A stretch of 20,079 nt of DNA from Octopus sinensis (GCF_006345805.1 NW_021824046.1:1-20079); one strand, 5' to 3'. Positions 10,349 through 20,079 are shown, counted from the first letter of the stretch. Translations and numbers: made by a program. Notes: generated by a model not told the origin, from the sequence alone.

Positions 10349-10938
10349 GGCGGTGAGGTGGCAGAATCATTAGCACGCCGGGCGAAATGCTTAGCGGTAT
10401 TTCGTCTGCCGTTACGTTCTGACTTCAAATTCCACCGAGGTCGACTTTGCCTTTCATCATTTCGGGGTCGATTAAACAAGTACCAGTTACGCACTGGGGT
10501 CGATGTAATCGACTTAATCCGTTTGTCTGTCCTTGATTATCCTTCTGTATTTAGCCCCTTGTGGACAATAAAGAAATAGGTATTTCGCCTGCCGCTATGT
10601 TCTGAGTTCAAATTCCGCCGAGGTCGACTTTGCCTTTCATCCTTTCTGGGTCGATTAAATAAGTACCAGTTACGCACTGGGGTCGATATAATCGACTTAA
10701 TCCGTTTGTCTGTCCTTGTTGGTCCTCTCTGTATTTAGCCCCTTGTGGGTAGTAAAGAAATAGGTATTTCGCCCGCCTTTGCTTTCTGAGTTCAAATTCC
10801 GCCGAGGTCGATATTACATTTTATCCTTTCAGGGTCAATAAATCAAGTACCAGTCAAGAACGAGGTGGGTGGGGGGTCGATGTGATCGACTTACACCCTC
10901 CCCAAAGTTTTTCAGGCTTTGTGCCTATAGTAGAAACG
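10349..10938 (+). mobile_element. SINE family B head-to-tail trimer
   Basis: One head (10349-10395), then units starting ggtatttcg at 10396, 10579 and 10763 (183 and 184 bp spacing), each with a B-box-like ga(g/c)ttcaaattcc; unit 3 has a different tail. Confidence 0.9.
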
Positions 10939-10995
<57 letters not shown>

Positions 10996-11000
10996 TTATT
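10939..11000. repeat. (ATT)n tail of the SINE-B array
   Basis: Directly follows ...cctatagtagaaacg. Confidence 0.9.
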
Positions 11001-11644
11001 ATCATATCATTATTGTTTTACACTTCTTGAATTTAATGACAGCGGAATAATTAGTACAGCGAATTTTTTACGAGATGACTTTGTCGCGCCATCAAATATT
11101 ATGGCTTGTTTTGGATGATAATAAAATTCTGCCGTAGTTTTCGAAAACGAATTAGATGTCTTGTAGGACATAGAACTGAGAATCCTGAAGATTGAAAAAA
11201 AAAAAAGAATACAAAAAGAATATAGCATATGATAAAATAATATAAAATAAAAAAAGTTAAAAGGGCTTGTAAAATATGGCGACCAAGTGAATGTATAAAC
11301 ATGTCACCATAATATTATTATTGAAGTAAGGTGACTGACGTGTTTGTCGAAGTGAAAGAGAGAGAGAGAAGAGAAGAAGAATGAGAGAGAGAGAGGGGGG
11401 GAGAGAAAGGGGAGAGAGAAATAATGGAGATGTACGCTTCTAATTTTTCCATTTCTTGAGCGTCAAATAAACATCGACTCCATGTTTAATTTTCATCGCA
11501 TCATTCTTTTCGTGTTGTACTTTTGTAACCTTTGCACTTTCACTCCACCTCTCTCTCTCTCTCTCTCTCTGTCTATCCCTCTCTCTCTCCTAAACACCAG
11601 CGATAATAATTAATTTTATTTTATCGCATTTTGAATTTGTGTAT

Positions 11645-11701
11645 ATGATATATATATATAATTATATATATATATATATGTATTATATATGTATATGTAT
11701 A

Positions 11702-11770
<69 letters not shown>

Positions 11771-11826
11771 TATATGTATATATATATGATTATATATATA
11801 TATATATATATAATATAATATATATG

Positions 11827-11871
<45 letters not shown>

Positions 11872-12000
11872 TATAGATATAATATATATGACATACATAT
11901 ATATATTTAAATCTACATATAAATATACATATATAATATATATATATATATAATATATATATATAGATATATATAATATATATAGATATATTATATATAA
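11645..12000. repeat. Long interrupted (TA)n microsatellite
   Basis: Direct inspection; explains the poly-IY ORFs. Confidence 0.95.
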
Positions 12001-12364
12001 TATCACCAGAGTAAGCACATGTATGCCAAACTTGAAAGACAGGGAGTTTGAAAGGTGAGTGAGAGAGATGACAGGATTTACTATATAACGATAAAAAAGC
12101 AAATTTGCGCAGCAATTTCAGAAAATGGGTTATCCGTGAGCCGGTTTTCGGGCCGTTTCTTCTTGCTATGTTAAATGACATAAAATAGCTATAACATGTT
12201 ATATTCAGCAATATTTGGTATATTTCTGTATTGATTACAATGTATAAAATATACATTGATATTGCCGAAGAACTTAGAAGGTAATGGTTGTAAAGTGCAT
12301 CTAAATGTTTACGACCCACTAGAAAGAGTATTTTAAATGGGCGAGAGAAATCTTTTTCTACTGA

Positions 12365-12367
<3 letters not shown>

Positions 12368-12407
<40 letters not shown>

Positions 12408-12418
12408 CACACACATAC
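12368..12418. repeat. (CA)n microsatellite
   Basis: Direct inspection. Confidence 0.95.
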
Positions 12419-12420
12419 TT

Positions 12421-12823
12421 GCGGCGAGCTGGCAGAAACGTTAGCACGCGGGGCGAAATGCCTAGCGGTATTTCGTCTGCCGTTACGTTCTGAGTTCAAA
12501 TTCCGCTGAGGTCGACTTGGCCTTTCATCCTGTCGGAGTCGATTAAATAAGTACCAGTTACGCACTGGAGTTGATATAATCGACTTAATCCGTTTGTCTG
12601 TCATTGTTTGTCCCCTCTGTGTTTAGCCCCTTGTGGGTAGTAAAGAAATAGGTATTTCGCCTGCCGCTACGTTCTGAGTTCAAATTCCGCCGGGGTCGGC
12701 TTGGCCTTTCATCCTTTCGGGGTCGATTAAATAAGTACCAGTTACGCACTGGGGTCGATATAATCGACTTAATTCGTTTGTCTATCCTTGTTTGTCCCCT
12801 CTGTGGGCAGTAAAGAAATAAGA
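12421..12823 (+). mobile_element. SINE family B head-to-tail dimer
   Basis: Head 12421-12466, unit 1 12467-12650 (184 bp), unit 2 12651-12823 with a short deletion between tgtg repeats; ends aaagaaataag. Confidence 0.9.
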
Positions 12824-13065
12824 ACACCATACCTATGTAATTCTAACGTCTTTTTAGCTTTTTTCTTATTTTCTATCACTGACGAGTAATTTCTAATAAC
12901 TCAGATTCTTAAAATGAATGTCTTTCTGTATGAAACGATTGTATAGTTACCTGAATAAAAGTGTTATCGATATTAACATCTAATCTTCTTAATCTACGTA
13001 AAATATGATTGAATTTGTTGACCTTTGTGCACTAAAATCATAAAATTAATATACCTATATATATA

Positions 13066-13346
13066 TAATCCTTAATCCTTAAAAATGTTTTAGCCCGAAG
13101 GCCGCGGCCATGCCGGGGCCCCACCGCTGAATGAGCTACACAAATATGTGAATCCACCTCTGATACGTGGCACTTGGTCAACAAGGGAGTTCGATGCCGC
13201 TGCCCGCATCTGTGTCTCCTGTCGTGAGGTAAGTTCATCTGGGATCCCCGACAAGAAGAGATCCAGTTTAGTTTTAAAGAAACCCACATCCACACCATGC
13301 AAGTCTCTCAGGCATTCAGGGAGGATGTTAAAGAGCTGTGGTCCTT
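13066..13346 (-). mobile_element. CR1/L2-superfamily LINE 3' end, 5'-truncated
   Basis: Minus-strand GPQLFNILPECLRDLHGVDVGFFKTKLDLFLSGIPDE...RAAASNSLVDQ is typical of the ORF2 C-terminus; followed by a terminal stem-loop and a (ttaagga)n tail. Confidence 0.85.
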
Positions 13347-13567
13347 ATATATATATACACACACACACAGATGGGTAACACCAGATGCAAATATAGTAGG
13401 GAATATTAATAAATTTGGGGGGATGTATCATAATTAGTAGGGAAACGAGGGATTACAAGATCGGAGATAAAGCGATTATGTTTTCGTTTTGAGTTATTTA
13501 GAAAGTGTGGAGCAAAGGAGAAGTAACAAGCTGTGGGCTTTTGTCGTACGTACCCTGTTCGAGTGTA

Positions 13568-13840
13568 TCTCTTATTATAAAAGGCAGATTTTATCTGCCT
13601 CCCTTTGGGAGTTATACAAATCTACAATATAGGATTTCTTCAATTACAATTTACCTAGCAGTTTTAAGAGTACAATGCATCGCGTCATGCCAGGTCCAGT
13701 TTTTAAAATTTAAACTCCAATTAAGCAAAATTTACAGAAAACTCACATTCTGGTGTGGTGTGTCAATGCTTTTCTTAGTCTGGTTTACACCACACGCAAA
13801 CGCACACACACGCTGGGCAACGAATAAAATGAAAGTAAAT
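13568..13840 (+). mobile_element. Probable Helitron-type 5' portion, 3' end not found
   Basis: A|TCtcttattataaaaggcagattttatctg...ttatacaaatctacaa parallels the 5' end of the 18904 Helitron; no hairpin plus CTAG located downstream. Confidence 0.45.
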
Positions 13841-14017
13841 TAATATTTGTTTCTGTCTATCACGCTGATAGATACATGAGTAAAATGTATGGGAAGCTAA
13901 CAGATAACAGTGAGTGAAAATGTTCTTGGAAGAGAGTAAATTAGCGACAGTGATTTAGGAAGACTAAAACTAACGAAACTATGAAACATGTTTATGTATA
14001 AACAGACGACACTTATA

Positions 14018-14325
14018 TAAACCCTTTCGTTACCAAACCGCCCGAATTTACCCATTCATATTTAAATGAGAATATCAAGATAATCTCTTTAGTACATTCG
14101 TGAAAACACGTATTATACTTCGTAAACACTTCAAATACAGTTTTGTACAAAAATCGAAGTGTAATTTTAATTCCGTGAATTATGGGAGATTTTTTCCGAA
14201 ATTTGTTCCTATTGTGTTTTCAAAATTTGTATTCTGACAAAAAATGGATACGAATTTCATTATATCAAGCAGCGAGTCAGATTCGAAGGATTTTCTACTG
14301 AAGACCTTCATAAATCTAACTCTAT
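14018..14325 (+). mobile_element. Possible piggyBac-like 5' terminus
   Basis: taaaCCCTTTcgttacc start (TTAA target not intact) and an acidic SSESD/EGFSTEDL peptide after a frameshift near 14270-14310. Confidence 0.25.
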
Positions 14326-14343
14326 GACTGAAAAAAAAAAGCA

Positions 14344-14737
14344 TCTTTATATAAGAGTGAAGTTGTGTGTCTGTCCCCTTCGATTTACATTCGTAATTAC
14401 TCCCACATTTTGCGGTGCAGTTTAACCAAAAGCGGGTATCTTATAGTCGTGATTCATATCGAGCCCTTCTGGGTATTAGCGCGCGTCTACGATGAGTCTA
14501 CGATTAAAAAAAAATTTACCATCATATTTTCCATTTTAATGCCATTTTTTTTCGCTTTTATTAAGGGAAGTAACTCTCTAAAAATATCTACGATGTGTCA
14601 ACGATTTAAAAGAAATTTACCATAATTTTTTTTCAATTTTTAATGCATTTTTTTTGCTATTTTTTGGCTATAACTCTCTAAAATGCTTATATAGTTATTT
14701 CCCTTACAACCCGAGCAACGCCGGGCGATACTGCTAG
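14344..14737 (+). mobile_element. Non-autonomous Helitron, family H1 copy 1 (394 bp)
   Basis: 5' TC after A14343; hairpin cccgagcaacgccggg 14710-14725; 8 nt; CTAG 14734-14737; then T; no TSD. Confidence 0.9.
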
Positions 14738-14825
14738 TGTATGTATATATGTATTAAGGAGTATGCGTCTATCTATGTATGTGGATGTGTGGATGTTTGT
14801 GTGCGTCTATCTATGCATGTGTGTG

Positions 14826-15035
14826 TTTGTTTAAGTTATTAAACTGCGGTCATGCTGGGGCACATCTTTGATGAATTTTTATTCGAAAGAGTCGACCCCA
14901 GTACCTTATATTTGGTTAAACCTGGTACTTATTTTTTCGGTTTCTTATGCCGAATTACTAAGTTATGCGAAAGTATAACATACCTAAAATTACTGTCAAA
15001 TGGTAGTGCGGGACAAACATAGACACACAGACATA
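14826..15035 (-). mobile_element. SINE family A 3' half, degenerate
   Basis: actgcggtcatgctggggcac...gtcgaccccagtac...ggtacttat...gccgaattactaagttat...ggacaaacatagacacac. Confidence 0.7.
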
Positions 15036-15079
15036 CACTCATCCCAAACACACTTATACATACATATATATATATACAT

Positions 15080-15355
15080 AATAATGAAGGGTGAAATTAA
15101 TTAATTTGGAAAAATTATCAATTACACCAAGTAGTCTTCGGCATGTAAAAGCCTCATTCGAGGAAAATTTAAGTAATACTAAGCAATAAGGGTTTAGCAA
15201 CGAATTGCCTTACCACATACCGAATTAGAAATAGCAGTCAAAGGGTTATAGCTATTCCTTCTACTAGTAGAAGAAATAGCTATAACCCTTTGACTGCTAT
15301 TTCTAAATTCGGTATGTGGTAAGCAATTCGTTTCTAAAACCTTATTGCTTAGTAT
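15080..15355. mobile_element. Family P3 repeat ending in a 180-bp spacerless palindrome (15176-15355)
   Basis: Centre ttctact|agtagaa between 15265 and 15266; arms differ at five positions; flanked by TA-type microsatellite on both sides. Confidence 0.85.
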
Positions 15356-15453
15356 ATATATATACATGTAACCAGGTATGCCTGTATGTGTATATGTGTT
15401 ATATGTATGAACATGTATGCGTGTGTATATCTGTCTGCATATGTATGTATATA

Positions 15454-15845
15454 GGCGTAGGAGTGGCTGTGTAGTAAGTAGCTTGCTTACGAACCACATG
15501 GTTCCGGGTTCAGTCCCACTGCATGGCACCCTGGCAAGTGTCTTCTATAGCCTCGGCCCGACCAAAGCCTTGTGAGTGGATTTGGTAGACGGAAACTGAA
15601 AGAAGCCCGTCGTATATATGTATATAGATATATATGTATGTGTGTGTATATGTTTGTGTGTCTGTGTTTGTCCCAACCAACATCACTTGACAACCGAAGC
15701 TGGTGTGTTTACGTCCCCGTAACTTAGCGATTCGGCAAAAGAGACCAATAGAATAAGTACTAGTCTTACAAAGAATAAGTCCTTAAGGCGGTGCTCCAGC
15801 ATGGCCGCAGTCAAATGACAAACAAATAAAAAAAGTAAAAGAGTA
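15454..15845 (+). mobile_element. SINE family A, full length
   Basis: Head ggcgtaggagtggctgtgtagtaag...ggttcagtccc, central domain, internal TA/TG microsatellite, tail gcggtgctccagcatggccgcagtcaaatgac...gtaaaagagta. Confidence 0.9.
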
Positions 15846-15859
15846 TATGTCTGCATATG

Positions 15860-15965
15860 AATGTATGTATGTATGTATGTATGTATGTATGTATGTATGT
15901 ATGTTGTATGTATGTATGTATGTGTGTATGTATGTAGGTATATATATGTAGGTAGGTAGGTAGGT
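15860..15965. repeat. (ATGT)n and (GTAG)n microsatellites
   Basis: Direct inspection. Confidence 0.95.
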
Positions 15966-16142
15966 AGTGTTTGTGGAAAAATGCTCTAGGGATGGAAGGC
16001 TATCAAATCTAATTCCACAGAAATATCCCAACGGATATTAACTTTCCTTTGCTTCATTGGTTACTGACATTGAACTTTGGTATAGACTTAATGAACTAAT
16101 TAAACACACACGAACGCGCGCACACGCTTCCGTCTATACACA

Positions 16143-16475
16143 GTATGTATGTATTTATGTATGTATGTATGTATGTATGTATGTATGTATGTATGTATGT
16201 ATGTGGTATGTATATAAGTATGTATCAGTACAATACATGTTCACAGAAATATACACACACACACACACACACATATATATACATATATATATATATAATA
16301 TATGTTCTAGTGTGTGAGCGTGTGTGAGGGGGATGTGTGTGTGTGTGTGCATGTACGCTTGTGCACACATATACTATTAAGCTGTATAGCCCATAATATT
16401 TAATCAATATTTGACTTCTTATGTGTGTACGTCTGTATTGAACAATATACACGGGTGTATGTATGTGTGAGTATG

Positions 16476-16526
<51 letters not shown>

Positions 16527-16607
16527 ATATATATATAGATGTATTTATATATGTATATATGTGTCTGTTTATGTGTGTATATATATATATACATGATAAT
16601 AATAATA

Positions 16608-16642
<35 letters not shown>

Positions 16643-16711
16643 TGACAACAAAAGAATGAGGTGTCGATATTATATAATATAGGAATTCGTATATATATAT
16701 ATCTATCTATA

Positions 16712-16747
<36 letters not shown>

Positions 16748-16749
16748 CT

Positions 16750-16803
<54 letters not shown>

Positions 16804-16813
16804 ATATATATAT

Positions 16814-16855
<42 letters not shown>

Positions 16856-16860
16856 TACAT
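16143..16860. repeat. Cluster of (ATGT)n, (CA)n, (TA)n and (AAT)n microsatellites
   Basis: Direct inspection. Confidence 0.9.
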
Positions 16861-17532
16861 ATACAGTATACAACAATCAATAAATTGTCATAATAGAATT
16901 AAGAGTTTCAAATGCCAGAGCTAAGAGCTTCGGGGCATTTTCACCGGGCGATCTCCTATACTATAATATACTATATATATATATATACACACACACACAT
17001 ATGTATGTATGTTTGTGCATATATTTTCAAATGTTAGTTTATCAGCGAAAAAGAAGGAAAGAAGTATCTTTTTTCTGTATATGTTAAAGAATATCTTGTT
17101 TATATACAAGCCAATGTAAGAAGAATTGCTTTAAGAGCATTTTATATGAAGTGTAATCACAAAGAGAGCGGATATTCCTTACGCGGTGAGCGGAAAGCAG
17201 AAGTCATCAGGGGAAGCACTCCAGTCACACGAGTATTTCGGCCTTTTAGTTCTTGACGTACTTAGGGAGAACGACCCATCTATGTAGTGTCTCCTGCTGT
17301 TATTTAAATGCCACCTTTTGTAGGATTTGATCTCGGGACTTTTTGGTCCGCATGAACTTGCACAGTTTTAAACTAGGTTCCCTTCCACCTACCTTTAGTT
17401 GCTTGCTGTGGTACTTTTCCGTTCTATGTACCATTCCTTTTCGTCCTTAAACTACGCCGATCTCTTCTCACTCATACACGCGTGTACACAAAAGCACGCA
17501 TGTATATTTATACACGCATACATATATACGTA

Positions 17533-17900
17533 TACTCTTTTACTCTTTTACTTGTTTCAGTCATTTGACTGCGGCCATGCTGGAGCACCGCCTTTAGTCG
17601 AGCAAGTCGGTCTCTTTTGCCGAACCGTTAAGTGACGGGGACGTAAACACACCAGCATCGGTTGTCAAGCAATGCTAGGGGGACAAACACAGACACACAA
17701 ACATATACACACACACTTATATATATATACATATATACGACAGGCTTCTTTCAGTTTCCGTCTACCAAATCCACTCACAAGGCATTGGTCGGCCCGGGGC
17801 TATAGCAGAAGACACTTGCTCAAGATGCCACGCAGTGGGACTGAACCCGGAACCATGTGGTTGGTTAGCAAGCTACTTACCACACAGCCACTCCTGCGCC
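17533..17900 (-). mobile_element. SINE family A, full length, well preserved
   Basis: Minus strand starts ggcgcaggagtggctgtgtggtaag and ends gcagtcaaatgactgaaacaagtaaaagagtaaaagagta. Confidence 0.9.
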
Positions 17901-18409
17901 TATTCATACACATACGTAAATACACGTACAAAACAAACATACGCACATAGAAAGAACGACGGAGCATGTACAGATAAAACGTGACGTGTTAGAAATAAGA
18001 GCCAAATATTACACTTCAGTTACATAATGCTTGAAGCGACAAAACGGGTGATATTCTAGTACATTTTACTTGGAAAAATTAGGGAGAAAAGCCCTGTTTA
18101 TTGATCTGCTTCAAATTAGGTAGGGACTCTAAACGAAGATGACAATACTGGCAACTTAAATTAACGGGAGCCGTGTTACGCATCCAATAAAGAGTTTTCT
18201 GCAGGAATTTTCAAGGAAGATTTTCTTCATTAAGAGCAAGTGGTCGATAATGGACAACTAAACTGGAAGAAATCTTAATGGGAAGTATGCATGGGTGATA
18301 TTCGGAGCTGTTGACATTTTCTTAATATAATCCTGTTCTATCTTCGCTATGGATGTAATTTGGAAATCGAGGAGGGTGCGAGGCCGAGCGACCGTCGTTT
18401 GGTATCTTA

Positions 18410-18807
18410 TCTTTATATATAAAAGTGAGGTTGTGTGCTGTCTGTCTCCTACGATTTAGATTCCTAACTACTCCCACATTTTGCGGTGCAGTGTAACCAA
18501 AAGCGGGTATCTTATAGTCGTGATTCATATCGAGCCCTTCTGGGTATTAGCGCGCGTCTACGATGAGTCTATGATTTTAAAAATAATTTACCATCATTTT
18601 TCCATTTTTAATGCATTTTTTCGCTATTATAAGGGAGTAACTCTCTAAAAATGTCTACGATGAGTCAACGATTTTTAAAAAAAATTTACCATATATTTTT
18701 TTCCATTTTTAATGCATTTTTTTGCTATTTTTTGGCTATAACTCTCTAAAAATGCTTATATAGTTATTTCCCTTACAAACCCGAGCAACGCCGGGCGATA
18801 CTGCTAG
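18410..18807 (+). mobile_element. Non-autonomous Helitron, family H1 copy 2 (398 bp)
   Basis: A18409|TC...cccgagcaacgccggg-cgatactg-CTAG|T18808; colinear with 14344-14737. Confidence 0.9.
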
Positions 18808-18903
18808 TCAATTATATAAGAAAATGCTTGCAAACTGAAGATAATAAAATTGTAAAACTTTTAACTATCTTTGGGGACGCAGTATTTCGTAATGCAACCA
18901 TAA

Positions 18904-19271
18904 TCTCTATATATATAAACGGCAAAATGTCTGTCTGTGTGTGTCCTTTATACAAATCCACAACTTTTCAGTTACAGGGCTCGCACTTTCTATGGTCATT
19001 CAAAACTGTCCAAGGGTGGTCGTGCACATCTTTACAATTCCCCAGTCACCCCGCATAGCCATTATAAAAAATCAATAGAAGTGACTTTTTTGTGAATTTT
19101 CTATCCAAAACCCAATCAAAATGTCCGAAACCTGATACGCCAATTGAATGCCAGCTAGCTGTATGTGATTGGTCGGAGATTTGGACAGCACTCGCGTGTA
19201 TGTGCGCACGCACGCAGCTGTATATGCATGCACTAGCACTATGACCCGGCGTTGCCGCGTCATAGTGCTAG
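18904..19271 (+). mobile_element. Non-autonomous Helitron, family H2 (368 bp), palindromic 3' end
   Basis: A18903|TCtctatatatataaacggc...; ends in a 41-nt inverted repeat including CTAG 19268-19271|T. Confidence 0.8.
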
Positions 19272-19721
19272 TATGCTATAAAGTATATTAACAGAGTCAA
19301 TATCGTTTAATTAACAAGTCAATATCGTGTTCTACTGTGTTAGCAGTGCTCTTTCATCACTTGTTAATGGTATCCCTACAGATATTCTATAGAAATTAAA
19401 GGAGGCGTTGACTTTTGTTACGACGTTTCGTATCCCGAGACGTCAGATGTAATCACTGAGATCGAAGATGAGAAAAGGGTAATGGGAGTATGTGAACATA
19501 TTTCAGGAGTTTTTGCTCCTTCATCTACACCCATCTGACCCCTTAATAGTAAAACCATCCATCCGTTCGTTCATCTTTTCCGTTCCCTATTCCAGGGAGA
19601 GTCGTGGAAGTATAGTCCTCGGGCGGCCCCTTCATGGGGTTCTATTAGAAACAACCATCATTTCTCTTCCCGCCGTCTGCCGCGTTAGTTAACAAAGGAA
19701 GCGTTCAGATCTTATGTAATA

Positions 19722-19791
19722 GGCGCAGGCGTGGCTCTGTGGTAAGAAGCTTGCTTCTCAACCACATGGTTCCGGTTTCAGTCCAAATGCA
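19722..19791 (+). mobile_element. SINE family A head, truncated
   Basis: ggcgcaggcgtggctctgtggtaagaagcttgcttctcaaccacatggttccggtttcagtcc. Confidence 0.8.
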
Positions 19792-19826
19792 CAGGTTCCC
19801 AACTTGTGGTCCACGGACCCCTGGTG
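19792..19826 (+). mobile_element. Possible hAT-type MITE terminus
   Basis: caggttcccaacttgtggtccacggacccctgg resembles hAT/Charlie ends (CAGGGGTTCCCAA...GGTCC.CGGACCCC); no partner end found. Confidence 0.4.
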
Positions 19827-19921
19827 TTGTGTATATATATATATGTCGTCTATCTGGATGTTTTGTTGTCCCATTTTTATATCGCCCAACTGTTCGGATG
19901 TTTTGCGTTCTTGTCCCATTG

Positions 19922-19945
19922 TACTATATATATATATATATATAT

Positions 19946-19979
<34 letters not shown>

Positions 19980-19985
19980 ATATAT
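19922..19985. repeat. (TA)n microsatellite
   Basis: Direct inspection. Confidence 0.95.
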
Positions 19986-20079
19986 GACAGTTGAAACACT
20001 CCTGTCACAACCTGGGACCTTGAAGACTGCTTTAATGTAAGAAAGTATACTAGTCCCTAATATTTGATATTCGTATTTC

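Noticed and set aside
10396-10938. CRISPR-like regular spacing
   Set aside because: Whole 184-bp units are repeated with no unique spacers; eukaryotic SINE context.
12001-12062. Strong donor AG|GTGAGT at 12054/12055 with a possible 45-nt exon
   Set aside because: No polypyrimidine tract at the acceptor and no partner exons; isolated donors are common by chance.
11621-12367. Longest ORF, 248 aa
   Set aside because: Half is (TA)n; the unique half resembles no protein I recognise.
12873-12946. CTGACGA...GAAAC hammerhead-like words
   Set aside because: 46 nt between the core words with no convincing stem II, and stem I is out of register.
15125-15170. Minus-strand cgaatga-ggc-loop-gcc-gaag, hammerhead-like, next to the palindrome
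   Set aside because: Both core words are mutated and there is no stem I; only suggestive of a Penelope origin.
16912-16960. aaatgcc...ggcattt hairpin followed by ccgggcgat, like the H1 end
   Set aside because: No CTAG, no matching 5' end; short matches expected by chance.
17130-17260. GC-richer island with a short open frame and a minus-strand CTGATGA
   Set aside because: No recognisable peptide, and no GAAA or stems to complete a ribozyme.
18190-18408. Acceptor-like ttttctgcag followed by complex sequence
   Set aside because: All three frames stop within about 20 codons and there is no good donor.
19415-19455. Minus-strand ttacat-CTGACG-tctcgggatac-GAAACGTC-gtaa, possible hammerhead fossil
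   Set aside because: Needs two separate deletions to restore A9/stem II and stem I; too speculative.

Overview
AT-rich, repeat-saturated animal genomic DNA (intron or intergenic) with no host gene I can support. Almost all long ORFs in the track are microsatellite translations (poly-I/Y/N/D/M, CV, HT). The SINE families and microsatellite load look like an Octopus (cephalopod) genome; this is inference from recalled repeat families, not a database hit. Content: about 16 tRNA-derived SINE copies or fragments in four families (my labels A-D), two of them head-to-tail SINE-B multimers with an identical junction; a CR1/L2-type LINE 3' end whose tail stem-loop co-varies with the SINE-A tail; two R4/Dong-type LINE coding remnants and a 553-bp insert, all embedded in (AAT/GAT)n; three complete non-autonomous Helitrons, one with a fully palindromic 3' end; three same-strand minimal hammerhead-ribozyme motifs of Penelope type within 820 bp; and a 180-bp spacerless palindrome. 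Family labels are mine, and all coordinates and alignments were done by eye.
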